NCBI GenBank assembly: GCA_951406725.2
Contig: OX597816.1
Span: 93,000,001-93,064,000, forward strand
Source: Octopus vulgaris
Lineage: Eukaryota
DNA length: 64,000 nt
Direction: 5' to 3'
Below, piece after piece: positions 54,776-64,000 of the stretch. Position 1 is the first letter of the stretch, and the number at the start of each line of letters is the position of its first letter. The notes below the pieces were generated by a model, which searched no databases, had not been told where the DNA came from, and worked only from the letters and a program-made list of their open reading frames with translations. The position numbers and the translations under genes are program-made.

Positions 54776-55589
54776 GACTTAACACATGGTTCTTACCACA
54801 CAACCATGACAAAAAATAAATTGCTGTTTTAAAATGAAAGATCATTTTTATTAGCAATTATGCATGACACCACTCATATGATACAAGCCATTTCATGCAT
54901 GTCAATCATCGTTGAATTAATAATGACATATCCTCATTTACTAAGGTCTCCCTCAAAGCACTCTTCACATAAGCAAAAATTCTCATCATACACTGTATGG
55001 TGTAATGTATGATTTACTTCAGTCACTTCTTCTCAAAGGAAAGCAACATTCTGAATGAGAAAGTATAGGATCTATCAATACTACATCTTAGAACCAAAAC
55101 ATGTGGTCATAGTCCACATTAATCCCAAACTGTCTTTCACAGTATATACAAATATGGTTGCATAAACATATTTGATTATAGTATTAGTATAACTAAGCAA
55201 TTTGTTTCACTACTGTCTATTTCTAAATCTGATCACTTGAACACACAACTATCGTGTGAATTTCCTGAAACCAATGAGAAAAAGCCAAATAAAAGAAAAT
55301 ATCAGGGGCAATTTTTGCTTTTTGTGAATCAATCAATATTTAATTTATTTCGTGCCAGCATAGTAAAAAGCATCAGTTGCATAACTTCTCATATTGAAAT
55401 ATTTTCACCCATATCTGAATTGGTTTATTTCTTTCAAAGCAGATTAATTTATATATGTCTTAGCCTGGAGAATGGCCAGTGACCACTGAACTTTCTAAAC
55501 CTTTTGAGACTAGAGGGAATGTAGGAAAAAAAGAAATAGTTACAAGTTATCAAACCAGATTTCAGCTATACAGATCGTCAACAACTCAC

Positions 55590-55678
55590 CTTCTACAAAA
55601 AGGTGTTCAACAACTTTTCACAGCTCACAGTAAATCTCTATTCTGCTACTGGAACGATTTTGAAATAAGCAAAATTTC
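55590..55678 (-). other. Candidate non-coding exon (89 nt)
   Basis: Acceptor atttcttttaag| and donor AAG|gtgagt; stops in all three frames. Confidence 0.35.
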
Positions 55679-56416
55679 CTTAAAAGAAATATATTCTGGC
55701 CATTTAGCAAGTATAGTTTACATGTTCTATCTATTAGAACTAACAGAGAATATTTGTTATATGTGATAAGATTGAATGATGCAAACTGGTTGAAAACTTA
55801 TTATAATCTGTAAGTTGATAAGAAACTTGGAAGTGATATACAAAAGGAAACTTAGAACTGCATCAATTGGCTTCTCAGATAATTAAGCTTTGGTCAGGAA
55901 GAGACAAGCAATCACAAAGTGGAGATGCATAGATAGATATAAGCAAAGGAAACATGACGACGATGATGATGATGGAAACTAGAAGAGTGAAGAGGAAGGA
56001 GAGCATAAAGCTGATAAGGAAGAGGAAGATGCTGCAGAACATTTCTGATATTTTTTTTATGTTACACTAAAGCCTCAAAATCAATACCAATGAAAAAGAT
56101 CAAATCTTTATGGCCTGTTTCATTGATTTGGGAGGACGGTTTACAATTTCTTCAGAGGCAATGACAAGTAATGCAGATGAAAAATGGTTCACTAGTAGAA
56201 TTGAACTCAAGAAGTATGAATATGTATCAGAGTATTAAACTCCATTTCCAGTGTGACTGATTCTATACAAGGTTTTTATCCACCCTTCATTTCCCATTCA
56301 TTCTATGCTGCTTGATATTGTTCATATTGCATTTTCGCCAGAAATTATATGTGCGTGTGTGTCTGTCTGTGTGTATTTTTATATATATATATATGTATGT
56401 CTCTATGTATTTATAC

Positions 56417-56454
<38 letters not shown>

Positions 56455-56463
56455 GTGTGTGTG

Positions 56464-56533
<70 letters not shown>

Positions 56534-57008
56534 TCACTGTTATCTCCCCTTCTATTGGTCTCGTCAGGCCTTTCATTCCTTAAAGCCAGGAACTTTTTAG
56601 CCCTGCCTAGTACACTCTCATACAGCTAACTTTGAAAAAGTTGCAAGCTACAGAAGCTCCAGGTTTCTGACTGCTAAAACCCTAAATAAGTATTTCAAGA
56701 AGTAACATATAAGAGAAGTTGTAAAATAAAGAATGAATTTAGCACAATTTTGATACTGTGCCAAATTCTAAAATTGCAATTCTCAGTACCTCCCAGCTTC
56801 TAACCACACATTGTGTGTAAATAATTCCAAATAAAGAGTTTCTCAAAATGTGTGTTTGACTATGTTGGAGTGGCACTAGATCAGACTCACATTAGATCAT
56901 GCCTCTTTAGAGAGGTAATAGAACAATAAATGCAAAAAAGATAATAATGACAAAGGATAAAAATAACAGCAAGAACCACCACCACTACCAACAACAACAA
57001 CAACAACA

Positions 57009-57052
<44 letters not shown>

Positions 57053-57067
57053 GATTATTATTATTAT

Positions 57068-57990
57068 ATGCTTGAGTTTTGCATTGTATTTGTACAAGTT
57101 GACTCCAAGTCTCACCCAGAGACCTCAAGAGACACGTTAGAAGTTCATGTTTGTGTTATGCCTAGGGTGTCATATATTTGATTTTGCACATAGTATTGTT
57201 CTAGAGAATGTTTAAGAAAACATGAGAAAATTATGAGTTTGTTTTAACATTTGGGATTACATAGACAGTATTTTATGTATGATATGGGCAATTCCCATGA
57301 GCACTATCTTTTGAACTTCAGCTATTTTGGGGTTTCCTGGTATCTGAGCTAGATAGAAATCAGCCCCTTTTGCTATAATTCCTAGGGCACCTATGACAAC
57401 AAGTATTGTTTTAGTCTTCCGGCGCCACATTTTGCTAATTTCTGTTTCAAGATCTTTATACTTGCTCAAATTTTGGTAGGTCTTGACAGATACATTTATG
57501 TCAACTGGGACCGTCATATCAATGAGGAGGCATGATTTTTATCTGAAGTCTTTCAATATAATGTTTGGCCTATTCGCAGCTATCTTTCTGTCAGTTTGAA
57601 TGGTGAAATTCCAGAGGAGTGAGATGTGATCATTTTCAAGCACTTGAGGTGGTTTGTGTTCTCAGCAGTTTTTATCATGGGGCAGGTCCAGGTTTTTGCA
57701 AATTACCCTGTGAATATATTGTGCTGCTCTGTCATGCCTGTTGAGATACTCTGTAAGTGCAAGAAGACTGCACATGGAGATAACATGATCAATGGTTTCA
57801 TTTTGTTGTTGACATGCATGACATGTTGGGCTACTGCTGTTCTTTAATATGTTGGCCTGATAGTTCCTTGTAGATAGGCATTGATCTTGGGCTGCTATGA
57901 TAAACCCTTCTGTTTCTGATTTTAAGCCAGAAGACACTAACCATTGATGGGTAAGAGCTTTGTCAACATCGGCACTATTAGCTCTCTTTC
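57068..57990 (-). mobile_element. R4/Dong-clade LINE 3' end (CCHC finger, restriction-like endonuclease, 3'UTR)
   Basis: LKSETEGFIIAAQDQ, CHACQQQNETIDHVISMC, RHD, NRPNII, KYKDLETEISKMW, VVIGALG, QKIVLMGIAHI; followed by (TAA)n. Confidence 0.92.
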
Positions 57991-59154
57991 TCATTTTAAC
58001 TCATCGTAGTTGTTTATTTTTTCCTCTGCTTTCACATTGATCCTGTTGTTAGTGAGGCATGCTATGTCAATAATCATACATGTTCTTTCTTTTTTATTCA
58101 CCACAACAGTGTCTGTTTCCTATGTCTGGTCAGGTGATTACACTGGATCATTACATCCCACAGGATTTTGCAATTCTCATTTTTGGTGACTCCTTCTGGG
58201 GTTTGCTCATACCATGTCTTTGCTCTTTGTAGGCCGTGATTTCCACAGAGCTTCCAATGGATGATCCTTGCCAGATTGTCATGGCATTGTTTGTATTTGC
58301 CTTGTGCCATACTGCTTCACCCCTCTCACCACACATTCTGCATTAGTCACCATCAGTAGTGTTGTCAATTCTGCACTTCATATAATTGGTCCTTAATGCT
58401 TGTTCCTGAGCTGCGTATATAAGTGCTTCTGTCTCTATCTTCAGGTCACCCCTTCTCATCCATAGCCACTGGTCCTCTGTATCTGTCTTGGCACTCACAT
58501 CTCTTGCAAACTGACTGTGCAGTTTTTTTTTCCTTCTATGCTTTTTGGCTTTTTAATTTTTTTTTTTGTTCATTTCTTGTTTAAATTTTTCTTTAGTTAC
58601 ACAATTTTCAGTTTTGATGACGCCAGCCTTCTTCATGTGTTTTAACAGTGGCTCCACAGAATTTTTTATATATCACCCTAGGCTGTTTTCCTCTGCTTCA
58701 ATACAGTCCTGGCAAGAAATCAAACCTCTCCCACTCTTTCTTCTGGACAAGTGCAGCTTATTGGTGTCACTCTTAGGGTGGAAGTCTCCATGTACTGTCA
58801 ACATTTTTCTGCTCTTGGTATCCCTTTTCTTCATTTCTCTCATTTGCCATTTTATAATTCCCACTCCATATTGAAGTGCTGTTACATCCACGTATTAACT
58901 GCTTGGATTTTTATTCCATCCGGGCAATCTTAAGTGCAGCACCAACCTCAGTCTTCAGAAATACTCCATCCTCAGTTGCTCTTTCATTTCATTTTCCATT
59001 ATCTCATTGCACTCTAGTACACCAAGGTATTTGTTTCCTTCCATTTCAATTTGATTAATCAAATCTCTGTTTGGTAATTCTATCCCTGCTAGGGACTGTA
59101 CCTTGCCTCTTTGCTGGTAGATTACTCCACACATTTTGAGTCCAAATTCCATTC
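57991..59154 (-). mobile_element. Second R4/Dong-clade LINE segment (RT end, thumb, Zn finger)
   Basis: MEFGLKMC, KYLGV, YGVGIIKW, HPKSDTNKLHLSRRKSGRGL, ETEALIYAAQEQAL, CRMCGERGE, HDNLARIIHW, KILWD. Confidence 0.9.
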
Positions 59155-59201
59155 TAATAATAATAATGATAATAATAATAATAATAATAATAATAATTAT
59201 A

Positions 59202-59245
<44 letters not shown>
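59153..59245. repeat. (AAT)n followed by (ATT)n
   Basis: Direct read; the two halves are mutually complementary. Confidence 0.9.
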
Positions 59246-59246
<1 letters not shown>

Positions 59247-59249
59247 TCA

Positions 59250-59425
59250 AATTTTGGCACAAGGCCAACAATTCGATGGTGGTGTTCTAGATTACATCAA
59301 CCCCAGTGTTCAACTAGTACTTATTTTATAACTCTGAAAGAATGAAAGGTAAAGTTGACTCTAGCAGAATTTGAACTCAGTATGCCTACACATTTTGCCT
59401 AGTGTGCTAATGACTCTGCCAGCAT
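59250..59425 (-). mobile_element. Family B SINE, decayed
   Basis: ctgaaagaatgaaaggtaaagttgactc...atttgaactcag...gctaatgactctgccagc. Confidence 0.7.
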
Positions 59426-59848
59426 TTAACAACAACCACGACAATAATAATGATAATGACAAAAAGAAAAACAAGAAAAAGAATGAAGTGAGAAAATTTT
59501 CAAGGACACATTATGTTTCTTTAGTATTTGTTTTATGCATTGTTCCTTTAACATTGTTATTGAAGAACGTAACATCTACTTTATTGAGTCAAAAAGTCTT
59601 TGGATTTTCACTAATGGTTTTTGGCCATTTGTATCGCTATGTTATATCATTAATTTGATAAAACTTGTCCAATAATTGCTGCATTGTTTATTTTTTATCT
59701 TCAAATATAACATCTAAACATTGTTATTGTTTGTATAGCTATTTCTGGGTGTAGTTAGTTTACCAGAAATTTATTGAAGATATTTATCCAGGAATTGTTA
59801 GAATGATATGAGATCTTTTTCTTGTCTTATATGTGTCTTGGCATGATG

Positions 59849-59964
59849 TTAAAGAGAGCAAGGCCAGATTAAAGAGAGCAAGATCAGATTAAAGAGCAAG
59901 GTCAGGTTAAAGAGAGCAGTGCCAGGTTAAAGAGAGCAGGGTTAGATTAAAGAGAACAGGGCCA
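59849..59964. repeat. Minisatellite, 6 x ~20 bp
   Basis: Unit ttaaagagagcaaggccaga. Confidence 0.9.
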
Positions 59965-60151
59965 TATATATGCTATGTGGATTCTTATCTTGCACATATT
60001 TTGACAAGTGATTTGATCTGAGATTTTGTGCTGGGATTAAAATAAAGGTATTCTGGTAGAGTCAGAATAACCATCAAAAATACACATACACTATCTTTAC
60101 TTTTACCATATTATTATGTTGTGGTGCATATGTTTGGTATCATTATTGTTG

Positions 60152-60300
60152 TCTATATTAATAAAAGTTAAATTCTGTCTGTCTGGAACCCCTATATCTC
60201 AGTCAACATTTGCCCTACATAGACATATAACTTTTTGAAATCAGTATGATTCCAGGATGGAAAATCTACCCTTCATTCGGTTCTTGAAAATCCAGCATTG
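60152..60300 (+). mobile_element. Helitron-like 5' fragment
   Basis: TCTATATTAATAAAAG..aattctgtctgtctg parallels the 37131 start; no 3' end found. Confidence 0.4.
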
Positions 60301-60570
60301 GGATCTGATTTAAAAGCATTTGGGTTGCTACTTCTAGCAGTTAAAGTGACCATCAGAGGTTTCAATGCCATAGTACAAGTGTTACCTCCGTTAGCTTAAA
60401 GTTTTACTAAAGAATTTAGTGATTCTTTTATATTTTCCAGTCATCAAACTGTGACTACACTGGGGAACTGCCTTGATGAATTTTAATCAAACAAAATCAA
60501 CACCAGTTATCAAACAGCAGTGGGGGACAAACACAGACACAAAGCCACAGTATATGTATGTGTGTGTGTA

Positions 60571-60622
<52 letters not shown>

Positions 60623-60782
60623 TGAGAAAGTTGGTTTGTGAATGCACGTGGTTGAATATATAGAAAATAGTAAAAAGTGAAAAAACTACAAAAGGCTTGT
60701 TTTAAAAGGTTAAAAAATATATATTTGAGTCAATATGTCTGAAGAATGTTATAAATTTTTTTCTTACAATGACATAGTTTAG

Positions 60783-60822
60783 AAGAAATGACCGGTTTCG
60801 CGTTCAGCTTTTCAAATTTCTT
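60783..60822 (-). ncRNA. Candidate minimal hammerhead ribozyme, U3:A8 variant (left-arm copy)
   Basis: AAGAAAU UUGAAAA GC UGAAC GC GAAACCGGUC AUUUCUU. Confidence 0.5.
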
Positions 60823-61405
60823 ACATCGTTATGTTTACATTGAGAAGAGTTATCGTTATGTTTATGTTGAGAAGAGTTCCAGATAAGGGGAGGTAATAAG
60901 TGATTTCTTCCGCTGTAAGGGAGATAATTGCTTAAAATTTTTTGCCTTTCCTTTGGAGTGAATTTCTCTGTATAAGTATGTTGGAATGGTTAAGTCTGGG
61001 CTTGTACTTTTCAATGAAGAATGTTTCCTTGTTTAGTCTAATTTGTGTTGCATCGACAACAGATTGCATTCCCAGAATACAGAATGATACCCTTTAGTGA
61101 GCACATTGAGAAATGCGCAAAGCAACTACTACCACAATTTTTAATCTTTCCATTTTACCAATATGCTATCAGAACACCAACACAAATTAGACTAAACAAG
61201 GAAACATTCTTCATTGGAAAGTACAAGCCCAGACTTAACCATTCCAACATACTTATACAGAGAAATTCACTCCAAAGGAAAGGCAAAAAATATTAAGCAA
61301 TTACCTCCCTTACAGCGGAAGAAATCACTTATTACCTCCCCTTATCTGGAACTCTTCTCAACATAAACATAACGATAACTCTTCTCAACGTAAACATGAC
61401 GATGT

Positions 61406-61445
61406 AAGAAATTTGAAAAGCCGAACGCGAAACTGGTCATTTCTT
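61406..61445 (+). ncRNA. Candidate minimal hammerhead ribozyme, U3:A8 variant (right-arm copy)
   Basis: AAGAAAU UUGAAAA GC CGAAC GC GAAACUGGUC AUUUCUU. Confidence 0.5.
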
Positions 61446-61611
61446 CTAAACTAAGTCATTGTAAGAAAAAAATTTATAACATTCTTCAGACATATTGACT
61501 CAAATATATATTTTTTAACCTTTTAAAACAAGCCCTCTGTAGTTTTTTCACTTTTTACTATTTTCTATATATATATATATATATATATACATCTATATCT
61601 ATCTATATATA

Positions 61612-61980
61612 CAGGGTGATTCAAAAGTCTCCATACATAGGAAAAATTAATTTTTTTATAAGAGACAGTTTATAAGATCCCCTAGATCCCCTGATTTGAC
61701 CCCTCTTGAATTCTATCTTTGGGGGCATTTGAAAGGCATGGTGTATCACTGAAAGATAAAAGACATAAATCATTTGAAGGAACCCATCACCAACTCATTT
61801 GCAGAAGTATCACCAGATGTGCTATTACGAGTTCACAATGAGTGGGGTAATCTTATTGCAATGTGTATTCAAAACAATTATAACCATATACAGCCTGTTA
61901 AATAAAAAAACTGTTCTAATAAATTGTTTCTTATAAAAAGATAAATTGTTCCTATATACGGTGACTTTTGAATCACTCAG
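61612..61980 (+). mobile_element. Tc1/mariner deletion derivative (MITE)
   Basis: TIRs cagggtgattcaaaagtctccatacatagg / cctatatacggtgacttttgaatcactcag; TA flanks; internal PRSPDLTPLEFYLWGHLKGMVY. Confidence 0.9.
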
Positions 61981-62039
61981 TATATATATATATATATATG
62001 ATGATGATGATATATAAATGTGTGTGTGTGTATAAATAC

Positions 62040-62899
62040 CATCAGAATCAACACACTTTTGTCAACACGTAACAAGTCTATTTATGCCAGTAGCGTAAAA
62101 ATCCTGTTTTGGTGAAGATTAAGTCGTTGAAGGCGTGTTTGGCATCGTCTTGGTTTTTGAAGCATTTCTCATGCAGGAAGTTGTGAAGATACTTGAAAAA
62201 GTGGTAGTCAGTAGGTGAGAAGTTTGGCAAGTGTGGCGGATGAGGCAGAGTTTCATAGCCCAATTCGTTCAACTTCTGCAGGGTCAGTTGTGCGACATGT
62301 GGCTGAGTGTTGTCGTGGAGAAGAATTGGTCCTTTTCTATTGATCAATGCTGGCTGTTGTTGGAGTTTTTTATGCATTTCATCCATTTGCTGACAGTACT
62401 TTCCCGCTGTAATGGTTTCGCCTGGATCCAAAAAGCTGTGATTGATGAGACCTGCCGCAGACCACCAAACAGTTACCATGACCTTCTTTGGTGCAATATT
62501 GGCTTCGGGAAGTGCCATAGAGCTTTGTCGGCATCCAGCCACTGAGCTGAGCATCACCAGTTGTTGTAAAGAATCCATTTTTCATCACATGTTGCAATCC
62601 AGTCAAGAAATGGGTGGTTCTTGTTGCGTAAAAGAATGGAAGATGACACTTCAAAACGGTGCTTCTTTTTTTGGTTGTTCAATTCATGCGGCATCCATTT
62701 CTCAAGTATTTTTGTTTTTCCAATCTCTTTCAAGTGGTTGGAAATTGTTGTATATGTTACATCTAATTCAGAAGCAATCTCTCAAACAGTTGTGCATAGA
62801 TTGGCCAAATGCATCATTGATATTGTGAGCTGTTTTAGCAGCTTTTTGGCCTAGCTTGAACTGGAATTATAAAATTGTGAGAATTTGCTTTTTGTCCAT
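62040..62899 (-). pseudogene. mariner transposase pseudogene (Hsmar1/SETMAR-transposase-like)
   Basis: MDKKQI..FKLGQKAAKTAHNINDAFG, TCDEKW, KKVMVTVWW, GPILLHDN, LPHPPHLPNFSPTDYHFF; frameshifts; TIRs not seen. Confidence 0.9.
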
Positions 62900-63057
62900 G
62901 TTGTATTCAATGTTAAAAAAAAATGTCATTGTCCTGCTCCTGCTCCTCCTCTTCTTCTTCTCATGATTATTATCATCATCATTACTATTGTTATTTTCAT
63001 CGTCATCATCAACATTATTATTATCATCATCATCATCATTATTATTTTATTTTATAT

Positions 63058-63120
63058 TTGACTTTTGCCTTACATTTGTACAAATTGGCTCCAAGTCTCA
63101 CCAAGAGACCACAAGAGACA
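63058..63120 (-). mobile_element. About 60-bp 3' tip of the Dong-like LINE
   Basis: Matches 57072-57133 (tttgtacaa.ttg.ctccaagtctcacc.agagacc.caagagaca); lies between TAA-rich tracts. Confidence 0.75.
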
Positions 63121-63121
63121 A

Positions 63122-63150
63122 CAATATTATTATTATTATTATTATTATTA

Positions 63151-63203
<53 letters not shown>
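63122..63203. repeat. (TTA)n microsatellite
   Basis: Direct read. Confidence 0.95.
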
Positions 63204-63204
<1 letters not shown>

Positions 63205-63205
<1 letters not shown>

Positions 63206-63510
63206 TATACACTCAACAGATTAGACTGTTGGAAAAGAAAAGAATCCTAACACTAGGCTACAACAAGTTGCTTTAGATGACAAGAACCCTCCTATTGGGC
63301 TACAGCAAGTAATCTTAGATGTCAAGAACCCTCCAAGTATCCTAGCTGTCCCTAATAACACTGTTTTCTGCAGTTGTACTAAACTGGGTTTTATGTCTAT
63401 TTCCACTATCCATCTGTTCAGATCTTCAATGCACCTATTACTACTAGGATACATTTTACCCACACTTTCCATAGGCTCTGTAATTCAATAGCTAGGTCCT
63501 GGAACTTTGC
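63205..63510 (-). mobile_element. R4/Dong-clade LINE 3' end
   Basis: WIVEIDIKPSLVQLQKTVLLGTARIL; flanked by (TAA)n on both sides. Confidence 0.8.
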
Positions 63511-63731
63511 TATTATTATTATTATTACTAATATTGTTGTTCATGTTGTTGTTGTTGTTGTTGTTTTACAATTCCATTCTAGGATGCCTCATGGAATTAT
63601 TAAAAATTGCCCTAGTATTTGACAGATAGTTTCTTGTATCAGTCCTCCCCAGAAGGATAAAAAGACGAAAATATGAGGTGATAAAATAAAAATACCCTGG
63701 GCATTTTGTCAATCTCTTAAACAACCCTGTT

Positions 63732-63762
<31 letters not shown>

Positions 63763-64000
63763 CTCTCTCTCTCTCTCTCTCTGTTACTCTTTTATTCCTG
63801 GCAGGTATCTTATTTGACCAAAATACAGTATACATTGCCTTTCATCATGACATTTTCATTCAATCAGATTTTCTCTCTCATTCTCTCTCTCACTTTCCCA
63901 GCCTGTAATATTCCACTACATTATATTACATGTCCCTCTGGCAAATAACAACTCCTACTATAATAACTATTGTTTAGAGTGTTATTGGGGTTGGTGGGGA

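Larger units (their letters stand above)
60656..61572 (+). mobile_element. 5'-truncated Penelope-like element with inverted pLTR (arms 60656-61050 / 61178-61572)
   Basis: Arms near-identical (about 10 mismatches counted by eye). Spacer and right arm encode a GIY-YIG C-terminus HRQQIAFPEYRMIPFSEH..C..FLIFPFY..RLNKETFFIGKYKPRLN. Embedded in (TA)n. Confidence 0.9.

Noticed and set aside
59849-59964. CRISPR-like repeat array
   Set aside because: 20-bp period, variable parts related to each other, eukaryotic context, no cas genes
62078-62578. SETMAR gene
   Set aside because: Only a frameshifted mariner transposase with no SET domain

Overview
AT-rich, microsatellite-dense eukaryotic DNA. The tRNA-derived SINE families and repeat landscape resemble an octopus (coleoid cephalopod) genome; this is inferred from recalled repeat sequences, not from a search. 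I found no intact protein-coding gene, and most listed ORFs are simple-repeat artefacts or transposon fragments. The window is a mosaic of decayed mobile elements: Penelope-like elements (a Naiad/Chlamys-type RT, GIY-YIG 3' ends, inverted pLTR hairpins with hammerhead-like motifs), R4/Dong-type and APE-type LINEs, a hAT (Charlie/Buster) element with TIRs and TSD, piggyBac, several Tc1/mariner elements, a Merlin-like MITE, a Helitron and many SINEs. Several elements are nested two or three deep. Most notable are a ~395-bp-arm near-perfect inverted repeat carrying a hammerhead-like motif with a compensatory U3:A8 core, other variant hammerheads, an apparent switch to CpG depletion near 42.3 kb, and a few candidate minus-strand non-coding exons. 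I cannot support a wholly new biological system here. Boundaries of decayed elements are approximate.
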